Shown here: positions 52,072 through 64,000 of the stretch, one piece after another
How positions within the stretch are numbered: the first letter of the stretch is position 1
Layout: each line of letters starts with the position of its first letter
Source: Psilocybe cubensis
Lineage: Eukaryota
Length of the DNA stretch: 64,000 nucleotides
NCBI GenBank assembly: GCA_017499595.2
Contig: CM039007.1
Span: 2,976,001 to 3,040,000 of the forward strand
Direction of reading: 5' to 3'
Program-made: the position numbers and the translations under genes
Notes under the pieces: model-generated
Told to the model about the DNA's origin: nothing
Seen by the model: only the letters and a program-made list of their open reading frames with translations
Database searches by the model: none

Positions 52072-55000
52072 ATGAAATTTCCGTGCACACACTGCCGCAA
52101 GGAGTACAGTACGCCCTACAGTTTACAGGTGAGCCAGTTTCCAATGTGTTTTGATTTTTCACGCTAAATCCATACTACAGCGTCACTTTGCTGATTCGCA
52201 CGCAGAACCGTCGTTGGAGGTTCCCCAGCAGACCTCAGACAACGAGCGATCGTTATCTCCACCGTCGCCGGAGCCCATGTTTCCATCGCAGCTCCCTCGC
52301 CCATCTTGGGGAGCCGCACCTCCTACAAGAGCCGCACCTCCCGCTTCACAGCTTCATCCGCCATCTACGCGCTTGTTTCTTATCCCGCACGCTCCCAGCA
52401 GGCAAGTGTTGCCGCGTCCCTTGGGCTCGAGGGCAGGATCGCCCCCAACAATGATTCCTGCGCCGGTAACACCTGCGGCGAGTCGGCCATCTACGCGCAC
52501 GTTTCTTGGCCCGCGCGCTATCAGCAGCCAGGGGTCGCCGCGTCCGTTGGTCTCGAGCCCAGGATCGCCCCCAACGATGATACCTGGGCCCGTTTCTCCT
52601 GCGCCACTGCGCAACGTATCTGCGCAGAGGATGACACCGACACCTCCGGGCATGCATCAGCCACCGCCTATTCGCGCCACGCCCACCACTGCGATGGAAG
52701 TAGATGTTTCGCTCTACGACATCGTACCCGATGACCACACAGTGATCTACGACAATGCGCACAATCTTCCGGCCCTTGGAATTGTTATCAACACTTTTCT
52801 CAAGATTGTTATCCGCATAGAATGTGGGGAAGCGATTGAGCCGGCGTCGGTGTGCGCACACGTCAAGCAGCACAATGCACACTATACACCAGGCCCCACA
52901 TTGCTCGAAGATCTTCGGCGGAAATACGGGATCGTGTCGCTGGCTGAGATAGCCTACAGCGCTGGACCAATCCGTCCGATTTTTGGGATTCCTATCGAGG
53001 CTGATCAGCTCCATTTTTGTTCCAAATGCCACCGCGGCTACAACTCGTTGTTGAGCCTGCGGGGTCACCAGTCTAACGGGCAGCGTTGCCAAGTGCCTAT
53101 CACGCAGCGCGCTTGCTACACGATGTACGGGCAGATACTTACAAAAGGCCCAAGCAAGCGGTATTTTCCAGTGGACACCTCTTGCCTCTCGCTTCGCCAG
53201 GACATTCCCTTTGCATACTCGACTGTTTTTGGAACAACAATGCCGCCTCCACCCGATTACACACAGTTGCCCGTCCAAGACATTGAGGACCCGCAAAATC
53301 TGTCCTCGTTTCTCTTCCGCGAAGGATGGCTTGACGCAGTGAAAGGGTTGACCCCTGTCGACATCCAGGAGGTTACCAGGCTACCAGACGCCAAGACCGA
53401 GCCATGGGGCAAACAACTCCAGCTCGCAGCCCATCGCGCACTGGCCAGTGTACAGCTACTGGTGAACGAACACCATACGTTCGGGATGACACATAATATT
53501 GCTCAGTTCAATCAATCGTGAGTTTATTTCCATTAAAACAACGCTGATATTAACCCCACACGGTAGAAGCAACATGTCGTCCAACAACTTCAACCACATT
53601 CAACCCAAGACGCAGCAGCGATACGGAAACATTATTGTGCGGCTTATTTTCAACGTTTTGCGCACCATGGACCCCGCGTGGACATCTCCCGTGCGCTACC
53701 CCTCTCTCGACGCATCTCAGAAAGTAATTTTGCTAGAGCTACGAGCCAAACTGGATGGCGCAGACAAAAAGCTCATCGACGAGGCATATCAGAAGGCGTG
53801 CTACTCATTATTTGCACACGAGCGACGCCAGTACCCGATCAGCTCTAAGCTGCGAAAATTCTTCTCGCCCGTCATCTTGTTCGTCGTTTTCTACTCTCTG
53901 CGCGCGAACGGGAGCTTCCGCTTGGCGTCAGAGATTACGGGCATATGCGCCGCCGTTGAATACTGCATTCGGACGACAATGCTCTTTGAAATCGAAAGGA
54001 TATCCGAAGAATCCAACGTTTCGTCATTCGAGTAAGTTCCTTACTTTTTTCATGTTCATTTGTTAATATATTGTTCCTAGCGCTCTCAAAAAGGTGGAAA
54101 GGTACATCTCAACGGGGCAGGAGACGCCAATGGCGTTTATTTACAATGTCCACCGTGTTCTCGCATCCGTGCGCTCAGACGAAGTCACCGCCTCCCAGTT
54201 TCGTTTCACGGACAAGAACGGAAGAGAGGTTAGCTGCAACGGCCACCTCATATCTCTATCGATGATCAAGAAAATGCACGACGAGGAGCATGTTCGGTAT
54301 GAGAACATGGTACAGGATCGTCTCTTTTTTGGCGAAGACATACCCAGCGATCTCTTCCCTGAACTCGACCTCGAGAGCATAGTCGACAGCGCCAACAATA
54401 CATCTGCTGGCTATTGCTTCCTGGACGACCCTCGCAACAATTTTTCTGCTTATCGGGACTCTTACGGACGTTGGTTGCTCTCCGACCCTGTGCGAGCCCA
54501 GCGTTTCGTTTATATGCATGAAGGCGAGCTCGTTTGGAAGCCTTCTGCCGCCCTTGACCTATTGCGGCGCATGGAACGCGTACGCGAGGTCCTAGCGCCG
54601 GGGGTTTCCTACTCGACTCTTCTGCAGGTTCGGGGGTCGGAATTTGCACGCGCGTTACTCAGGAACACACCCGCAGCCCTACGAAACCTGCGGTTTGAGA
54701 TGCACTTGCTGGCGCACGTTGCGTTGCAGGACAAGACATCGCATCTACATCTCAAGGATCGCCACATTCCTCACGTCATTACCCGCGAGTGGGCAGAGTC
54801 CCTCATCCGAAACCTTGCTGTATTTCGCCCGTTTGAAGAAGTTCTAGTGGCGAAATTCCTCAACCCCGAAGCACTTCATCGCTATCGCGTTCAGCTTTGG
54901 CCGGGCATCAAATCGACGATGACGTCTGAGGCATTCAGTGCTCGATGTGGCGACATGACAATGCGCTATCTCCTGCAGCCGTTCAAGCCTCTTCGCTGGC

Positions 55001-57494
55001 GCTCTCTGATCACGGCGTTTGCGCGTTTCTTGCCGGATTCTCGCTCATACGAGTCGCAAAAGGAGTTTTTTGTCGACACGGCCATGATGCACTCAACGGC
55101 GATGAGCAACAATCGATACGGGCGACATTCTGACCAGGCATTGCAGTCCGACTTTCGTACAACCATTGGGTGCATCCAGGCCGCTTTAGACATGCAGAAG
55201 CATGTTGGGATTGGACAGGCGCGTCCGTTTACGCTCACTGTACCGTCCGAGGTACCTGAGACTTCCACTGGCGGCGCTCAAGGTCAGTGGCATAACTAGA
55301 CCGCAATTTATGCGTTATTAATTTTTTTTTAGGAATTGTACACGACGTTAGCTCGCTGGAGCGCATAGCGCGGTCAGCTATGCTCGAAATCACAGGAAGT
55401 TTGGAGGATCGCGTGAAGGAGACCATCCTCGACTCTATGGCGGTCGTCATGGCGCAGATTTTGCCCAAGACACCTCGTCCGCTCAACGAGAACAACCTCC
55501 GCCCTGTTGCAGACATTGACCCCCACCCCTCGCGCCTACGCTCTCTGCGTCAATTCCTCAAGCGGCCTGCAGCGAACTTTAGCTGCCCCGAGCAGGCGCT
55601 CCTCCTGGAGCTCATGTGCCGCGGGCAGCAGAGCGTGCTGGGTATCTTGGGCACGGGCAAGGGAAAGACGATGCTAGTCTTTCTCTATGCTTATTTATTC
55701 GGGAGCTGTGGCATTACGGTTGTCATTCTTCCGCTGTCATCCCTCCGCATCGAGTACAGCCGGCGCGCACAAGAGCTGGGTATCTCCTCGTCAATCTGGA
55801 CGCCAACGGCGAAGCACAATTTGGACGTTCAGCTGCTGTGTGTCTCGATTGAGCACGTCAACTTTCACGACTTTGAGAGGTGCGTTACATGCCCAAGTAT
55901 TGATTTTAGTTATTGACTTGATTTTCAGTGATCTCGCGTCTTTAGAGCACCAGAAGCGTCTGAACTGCATCATCTTTGATGAAGTTCACAAGGTGGTCAC
56001 GGATATCACCTATCGGCCCTCGTTTGAGAAATTCTGGGTTCTCAACAAGGTAAAGGCGCCGATATATGGGCTTTCTGGATCTCTGCCTCCGTCGACAATG
56101 GCAGAGTTCAATCAGCTTACGGGTACCACATGGAAGGTCGTCCGTACGACTTCAAACCGACCTGAGCTCGCCTATAGGATCATCCACGTCACCGGCGACA
56201 TGCTGAAACGGCTCGTTGAAGATATCGCAACGTACATTGCGAATTATGGACCCCGCGATCGTCTAATGGTCTTTTGTCGCACCAAAGAAGATGTAACGGC
56301 GCTGTCCGACGCTCTTAGAGTGCCTGGTTTCACCTCGCACACCGCCGAAACCAACGACGACACGTTGCGAAAATGGCGCTCCGGTGAAAACATTGTCATT
56401 GTCGCCACAAGTATTCTGGGCTGTGGGCTCGACTACCCAAGCGTTCGCCATGTCCTACACTGGGGCATTGCGCACTCGATGGTTGATCAGCATCAGCAGG
56501 AGTCTCGCGCTGGCAGGGACGGGCAGCGTGCTGAAGCCATCACATACGTGGCTTCTCCTTCTCGTCGTTACTCCAAATCTGCGACCGCGCATGGCCTTTC
56601 AGAGCTCGAAAAATGGTCCTCGTCAACGGATATGTGTTTGCGGGCCATTCCTAGCTCGTATCTTGACGGCGTTCCCATCACATGCTCCTTGCTCCCGAAC
56701 TGTGAGCTTTGTGCCTACTGCTTGGAACAGATGCATCAGGCTCCGCCTCTGCGAGTGGCCTCGATCTCCCACCTCATCAGCGACCCAGTTTCTGTGCCAG
56801 CTAAGCCCCAAACAACCCCGATTCGCCCGCCATTCCGTGTTTTTGTCCCTCCAAAAACACCTATCACCCCCGTCATACAGTCTGGCGAGTCTACGCCTGC
56901 CTCGGCCGTTGATTTGACGTCAAGGTAAGTCTCCATGTTTGACTTGAAGTATTTTAACAACAATTATATTTCTAGTTCTGCTTTTTGCCAAGTTTCATCA
57001 CCATCGACTCTAGTTGCTGGGGCCAGCGACGACAGCGGGACCTTTGGTACCACAGCTGGCTCTCCAGTGTCCCCCACCTTCCACTCTGCGAAGCGCGTGC
57101 TTCCGGAAGACGACAACACGGCCAGTAAACGCTTGCGGCTGTCGGACCCAACCTCAGCACTTCGAGCAAAGCCCGCCACTGTTCCAGCCCAGCCTCGGGC
57201 GACAAACCGCGTGCTTCCGGAAGACAATAACACGACCAGTAAACGCTCGCGCCTGTCGAACCCACCGTCAGCATTTCAAGCCAAGGCCTCTACTGTCCCA
57301 GTCCAGCCTCGGGCGACGGTGGGTTTAGTAGCACGTATAGATCATGCCGCTGTTCAGGAGGCCGCCAAACGCTTTACTCTGGAGGTTAGACAGCCCATTA
57401 TAAACGCACTGAACCTGATCCGAGGAAAGTGCGTTATCTGCCTCATGCTTCATAGAGCGGACTGGGAGACCCACCACCATGACGACTGCCCTAA
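52072..57494 (+). CDS. C2H2 + DUF3505-like + putative tyrosine-recombinase domain + RecQ-like SF2 helicase (telomere-linked-helicase-like); 3' end interrupted
   Basis: CTHC..LQ|RHFADSH zinc finger; ECGEAI..CAHVKQH and CSKC; RGSE..DKT..WR..MHS..RYG; helicase motifs GTGKGKT, IIFDEVH, LSGSLPP, NRPEL, VFCRTK, ATSILGCGLD, QESRAGRDG and a Cys cluster. Frame runs into the element end at DDCP-K. Start may lie further upstream. Confidence 0.85.
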
Positions 57495-60400
57495 GCTTAT
57501 TCCCCCCCGAAGGGGGGGCCTTCGTTGCATTGGGTCTCCTGTTCAGAATTCCAGAAATCTGATGCCAGATTCGGATTCCTGGACCCCAAAAACCCCCAAA
57601 TACACTTTCAAAATATTTTATTTTGTACATACGGAGGTGCTACGTAATTAAATGTGTAATTTATGGAGGCCGGCCTCCAAATTGATGGAGGCCACTGGAG
57701 GCCGGCCTCCAAATTGATGGAGGCCACTGGAGGCCGGCCTCCAAATTGATGGAGGCCACTGGAGGCCGGCCTCCAAATTGATGGAGGTCACTGGAGGCCG
57801 GCCTCCGTCTAAAAATAAATGCGTCGAGGCCACCAGAGGCCGGCCTCGATTCGTACGCGCGAGTGGAGGCCGGCCTCCCGCCTGTCTCCCGACGCCTGCG
57901 CTCGCCGTCCCGATGCCTGCGCTCGCCGTCCCGACGCTTGCGCTTGCCGTCCCGACGCTTTCCCTTGCTACCTGCCCGACGTCATTGCACCGCCACCCCG
58001 GGCCGCTGCTGCCACCGCCGCCTCCACTCGACGCCTGTTGCTGCTGCCGTGCCGCCTTCCTACCAGTAACGTGCGGCGAGTTGTTTGTCCATGCTGTTGT
58101 CATTGCATTCAAACTCCGCCTTTTACCCTTACGCGCACCGCAGCGACGTGTTAACATATTATGCACTTCGTATCATTGTCACATCCAGCTCCACCCTCAC
58201 CCCACTGCTGTCATCCATGGCTCCTCTTCATCGGTTTAACACTGCAGCCGGAGGATGGTATAGCGAGGGTGGCAAAACACCCCACCCTCAACGCTGATGG
58301 GCTGTATGCGCATGTATCAGCCATGATGTTGACAAATACGGATTCAACGACAAGTGGCGTGTAGACGCAGCGTCTGGCGGGGCCCGTTGAGCAGTGGTGT
58401 TCTAGTGGGTATACAGGTGCTCGTGTGAGGGTGTGGAAAAGTGTATGATGGGTGTGTGTGCGTGTGTGGACATGAGTGAGTAAATATTGTCCTCCCCTCT
58501 ATCTCTCTTCACTAATCTCCACACTTTCCACCACCACCACCATCACCCGTTCGCCGACGCCTCGCTGAGAATCAGAATCACATACATATCTGTCCCAATC
58601 CCCACCCCTCAAAGCATGCTGTCGAAACAAGGTCCGAACAAGTGGCCCATGCCTCCTCCCGGCAGTGAGCGTGTCCATCTGATTGTGACTGGCACTCACC
58701 AATGACGCCGTCGAAGTGCATCTTCAACAGCGAACACGGGTCATTGATAGTCGAGGTCATTGTTTCGAGGGGTTTTCTGTGCGTCGGACACATCTGTCGT
58801 GGACTACTCACCTCTAGGCATCATACCACACAATGACCTGGCATTCAAGAAGACCCTGGGAGGAACAGACACGTCGGATTAGGTGAGTCAGTCAGCATGT
58901 TTGGTTTACTGTGACTTGGACTCAACCATAACAGCGCCCCGGCGCATCTTCACCAACGAGCGCGGTTGGTGATAGTCAAGGTGTCATTTGAAGGGTCTTG
59001 TGTGTTTCAAAGAGGCTTGCATGTGTCAACGTGGGATCGTCAATGTGAGTAGCTGGACATGTCTGTGCACGATTACTTACCTCCAATGGGTGTCAGACAA
59101 CACAGATGCCGCTGACTGGAAGAGACACGTTGGGATGAGGTGAGTGGGCACTTCTTATGACTGGGACTCACCAATGACGGTGGCACGGCACATTTGGGTG
59201 AAGTCATCGTCGTGTCGAGGGGCCTGTGTGGGTGTCAAGGTGAGTCGCTGGACGTGTCTGTGTTGGTTTGCTTACCTTGGGTCTTCACAGGTGATGACCT
59301 GGCATTCAAACAACAACAAAAAATCGTCAGTCGCAGCGGCAAACCCCCAGCTCACACGATGACGTTGGTTACCAGAGGACGCGGAGCGAAGAGGAGAAAA
59401 TTGGAGAGCAGAGAAAAAAGGGGGGAGACCCCCTGAGCTGGGCAGAAGAGGAGGAGCGGGATGAGAAAAAGTGAGTCGATTCACGGTCCCTTTTATAGTC
59501 CCCAAACACGCCGCTATATGTACGCCCACTACGCTATGCATTTTCGGGTTGTACCATGCTGTTTTCAGGGTTCAATTTTGGGATCAACAGATGATTTGAG
59601 GGCGAACCAAGCGTTAGCCGAGTGTATGTACACTGTGCTTCTGTGTTTTAGACTCCTGTATGTCTGTAGATTCCAAATAAATTTCTTTTCAAGTTTCTTT
59701 CAACATTCAGATTGTGTATTTCAAGTGAATTTCAATGTTTTGTGCGAGGTCAAATCAAACAGTTCTCAACGCGCCTGTAACTCTGTACTGGATACCATTC
59801 CTACTCCCATCGCGTTAGAAAGCTACGTACATTGTCATTTTCAATGGAAACAAACTAATTCATTCAATTCCAGGATATCCAACATCACCTTTCTGCTCAA
59901 ACTTTTTTTCAAGACGCCGCTAGACCTTACGTTGACAAAATATCACCCAAATAGTACCCTGACGACCTAATTTCCAGACGATTGAAACCGTGTTCTCTTG
60001 GAAGATTGGGACGGGGAAGGTGTGGTAGTGCCGTATCCCATTCATGCAGTCAAATTTCGCATCACCGTCCCCATGCAAACGCTTTCACACCCGCATATAA
60101 TCACCCATATCTTTTTATTATTCAATGCATTCACATTTTGTTGAGGTATAGGCGTTTTAGTGCGACTCCAAAGGCTTCAGAGTAGCTCAGGGAAGCCAGT
60201 AAAATGTACTTTGAGGCTACCGTATCGTGACTATGTCTTATATGACATCAAACACCGTAGGTGAAGGAAACAATGTGTATCATGGTTAGTATCTGAATCG
60301 ATTCTAGGACGGAGCATGGGCGCTTTGAAGATGATACGCGCTTTGCTATGGACTTCATTGACATCTACCATGGGTACACCTTATTTTTACCTTTCCTCAA

Positions 60401-63400
60401 CATGACTTCGTCTCAACGCGCGCGCGGGTCAAGGGAAGTTAGTGAGGTTTAAACGGGTAGGGGAATTGATGTTGGTGAGTGAGTTGTTTTTGGTCTCATG
60501 TTCTGGTAGATGGAATGGACGAACAGACGAGCGTACCATCACCCTTTGCTGGTATACACACTACCTCGGTGTTCACCTTCCATTGGCACATTGTGGTATG
60601 CATAACATAATCATTGTGGCCCAGCATGTGATCTATGTGTACATTGTGCGCATTTCACACAGTTGGTATGCCGCCTGCGTTGTTAGTCACTGCTATTATG
60701 GCTGATATCTATTTTTTGTGTATTCCAATTGCCTCGCACTTGGACTAGTTCTTGGATACATTGTCTAAACTTTAATTTCTCCATGGTTGATGTGTTTTTC
60801 ATACGTCTCTGTGTCGGCGCATTTGTATCAAATGTTAGCTAAAAATGTGTCTTACTGCCTAGTTGGGTTTAAATGTTATATCTTCCGTACAATCGAGAAT
60901 AACACCCCTGTAAAGATGTAATGTATCAAGGTATGCGCAATGGTATGAATGCATCACGGGCTCATTATAGCTGGAAACTAGAGAGCTGATTCAGAGTGCT
61001 GAGAGATGTAAGCAAACCATCTTCCAGGACCAAAAAGCCGTTCACAGCAGGTGTCCCAGGGTCTCGTTGCTCAGTTCCGTGAGCTTCCAACTCTCGTTAC
61101 CGACCAATCTGAGCAATCTAGACTAGCCTATTCCTGGAAGCGAGATAAATGAGATGATTTAAACGCGGAGTAATTATGAATTGGGGCACGAGGAGAGCGT
61201 TTGCGCCATGGTTGACATACCATGCTACACTGGGGATACATTGTAATAGAGGTGAAATGTTACCGTAAATCACCTCTTCAATATTCACATGGAGGTCATG
61301 GCACGTCTACATAACCAAAACGTTAGATAACAAATGTGGTACGTCAGAGTACTCACCTTGACATTGCTGTAAAGATATGGTTTCGGGCATACTCAAATCT
61401 AGCGACTCCTGAATCCCCAATGCACTAGTCCATTTCATTCAAAGCCAAAGAGTATGGACAGGCAAGACGAGATGTTTTGGTCCAGTGGGACACTGCAGGC
61501 CTGCATTTGAATAAAGTGAAAAGTTTCAAACACTTTTGAGTGAGTCTGTGAGATTAATGGCAACAAGAATTCAAAGAACCTACTGGTATAAATATATCCA
61601 ACACTACTCGCAAAGTTGAAACCCCGCTGGTGTTGTCGTGAATACACCACAAAACACATTTTAGCCTTGGTTGGGGTTAGGGATTAGGGTTGGTGGTGAC
61701 CACAAAAATACAGATTAGGATGGTTTAGGGTTTAGTTTTTAGGGTTGGTTGGGATTCGATATACCACAAAAGCACAGATTAGTCCGGTTAGGGTTGGTTA
61801 GCATTGGTTAGGGTTGGTAATTACAATTAAATATTTAGCTGGTTAGGATTGGATTCCACGTTCGGGTGGCAATACATGGTGTCTAATGTACTATAGCACC
61901 CATACTACGCAGCGAGGTTCTAGCAGACAAGAAGGTTGGGGATGTAGTTTAGATCATGAGGTCTTTGCATATTGTAGGCGAGTATGTATATTTGATGTTG
62001 AATTAGTAGGTAACATAGGTTATCGGATGGGGATGTAGCTAAACCCTATAATCCACACATGGAAGCAGGCCTGCATCCTTCTGTATACTTTCCTTCCATC
62101 GCAACACCCATCCAAACACCAAGGAAGGAGGTGGAAATAGAAGCGTCCACACAGCATCAAGGTCGTTATTAGCGAGTAACCCAGAGTCCGCATGGGCGAC
62201 TGCCAACTTTAATATATGGACATTAGCGGTTTGCGCATATGGCATATCGAGACGCCCTGCGCAGAGTTGACGCGGCACTGGGACAGGCACAGAGACGAGC
62301 GGGGGAGCTGTAAGTCATGAGTGGGTGGAGGGGGTCTGCAGCGGATTGTGCACGTATGACTTTTTGCAGCTAGTGTGTTGATGTTAATGTCGAAGTTGCC
62401 ATTGTGGTCATGAAGGGAGGTTGGGGGGGATGTATAAATTGTGTGTGTGTTTGGAGGCGGGTTTGCTTGAAAATGGTGCAAGAGTTGGGCAACAGTGTTG
62501 AGCTGGACACAGTTGGTTGTGGTTACGGAGTGGGATTAAGATAGGAGGATGGGAATACGCACGATTGAATGGTACCCATTACACTCGTATCATCCTCCTC
62601 TGTCTTCAGTCAATTTTGCTTGCGTCTTGTGAGTGTTGACTTATTGGTTGTCAAATTGGTGGCGGATGTATCCGGTATCCGTAGGAGAGGATCTGCGGGG
62701 GGTGGTTGTAAAAGGGGGAGTTGGTGAGGTTGTATATGGCGGGAGTCAGTGATTGTGACATTGTGGAGTAGACGGAGACGGATGTGATGGTAAATGTGGA
62801 AGTGTACGTACCATTAAAGCGTGATATGTAAATCGAGGAGGTGTCCGTCACCACTTCAGCTTGAGTATAGAGGCCGTTATTGAGCTGCTCCGCGGATATT
62901 CAGATGAGGGGCGGTGTGATATGGTTGCGGTAAGGAAGAAGACGGAGGAACTGGCCATGGCCGTGCTTTCGACATGCAGTGGCAGTAGGGAGAATGTGTC
63001 AAAGGGCAGTATTTGAAGTGCGGAGGCTTGACGAGGATTGGAGATAAGCCGCGTCTTCTGCTGCTGCTTCTAAAAGCCTCTCGGGACCCATTCTTGCACT
63101 TTCATAAAAGACGACATGGAGACGAGCGAGAGACGACCGTGAATCTTACAAGTCCGTCGATTGCTGCCAGCAAAACAAGGACAAATACGCGAGACACTCG
63201 TCACCTGTAACGCTTGCCCTTCTCCACGGAATGCGTTCACCCACCTTGCTCCAATACATCCCAAGAAGCGCAAGCCCATACTCCTAGTTAGGGGCTGTAT
63301 TACAATGAAAAACACGTATTCTAGGAAAAATGTTATTTGCAACAATGCACAATCTCGACAAACGTAAATGACACGCACCTGGAAGAAAATATCCAACCTA

Positions 63401-64000
63401 CCAACGATCTATGCAGACGTCAACGTCATCATTACAAGTCGCGAAAACGTCGTGGAATTGACGTAGAATCCGCACTCGATCCCCCGGGTACGTATGCTGC
63501 TTATTGCAAATACACTGGGTCTTCTGAAGTTGGTCTCATTTCCCAGACCTTCTAGGTCGTATATCGGAAGTCTAGTTGAGCCGAGTAGGTTCCTGCTAGT
63601 GCCCAAGAGGACCCGCAATGAAAGGAGACGTTGGAATTAGCTTGAAATTGCGAATTGCGCGAGGGGGAGGATGTGGATATGTACGTGAGTCGAAATTTTC
63701 GAGAAATTTTTCGTGATTGCGTGTTGGGATGGATGCTTTGAGTGTTGTAGGGTGTACTGCATAGTCGTATAATATATTACGGTTTGAAAACGCAGTATTC
63801 TTGTACTGCCTTCTGATTTGTATTGAGAGCGCGTTCGGGCGCTTAACGTTTTTCGACATGTCCAACTTTTCTCAATCTACTTTCACTCAAAATTCGTATT
63901 TTAACAGGTAGTATTAATACCATTTTATACCTCCAGTACCGTGTAAAAAAGAAGAGCAAGACAAGAACTTACTGAACGGTGTGGCTCAAGGTCAAGAGTG
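57495..64000. mobile_element. Large apparently non-autonomous element, copy C (runs off the window), inserted in the helicase gene
   Basis: Near-identical to 29718-36223; begins after CCTAA inside a coding exon. Confidence 0.9.

Larger units (their letters stand above)
45023..57494. mobile_element. Candidate autonomous element (copy B) carrying two divergent genes; interrupted at 57495, right end outside the window
   Basis: Same terminus as 29718 and 57495 (2 differences seen in the first ~170 bp), then palindrome arrays, GC-rich repeats, a 1006-codon ORF and a recombinase-like/RecQ gene. That the genes lie inside the element is inferred from contiguity. Confidence 0.7.

Noticed and set aside
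52346-53296. 316-aa minus-strand ORF
   Set aside because: Antisense shadow of the helicase gene exon; no motifs.
45023-57494. Classification as a Helitron or AcademH
   Set aside because: The helicase is SF2 RecQ-like, not PIF1; no HUH Rep or DDE transposase is recognisable; junctions are not A|T. Cannot be fully excluded because the right end is outside the window.

Overview
Eukaryotic, intron-rich fungal DNA (agaricomycete-like by gene families and short GT-AG introns), from a TE-rich accessory region. Host genes: a HET-domain gene with a nonsense codon, a signal-peptide-less S8 protease, a small secreted protein, a multi-TM protein, a cytochrome P450, a NACHT (NLR-like) gene, an atypical G-alpha, and P450, K+/H+ antiporter and aspartic protease fragments. 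Small TEs: two CACTG MITEs, nested TATGG-terminus elements, a solo LTR and a tandem TIR element. The main signal is a large element family whose left end (CTAR|GCTTATT-C7-GAA-G7 hairpin followed by GGAGGCCGGCCTCC palindrome arrays) occurs three times, at 29718, 45023 and 57495. The copy at 45023 carries two divergent genes: a >1000-aa protein of unknown function, and a multi-exon C2H2/DUF3505-like + RecQ helicase whose middle exon has an R-K-R-H-Y residue pattern typical of a tyrosine recombinase. The other two copies are nearly identical derivatives of at least 6.5 kb without these genes in the shared part, and one has inserted into the helicase gene. I read this as a candidate tyrosine-recombinase/helicase transposon system. 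That reading is inference and needs profile/structure searches and empty-site comparison. Exon boundaries were read by eye and are approximate.
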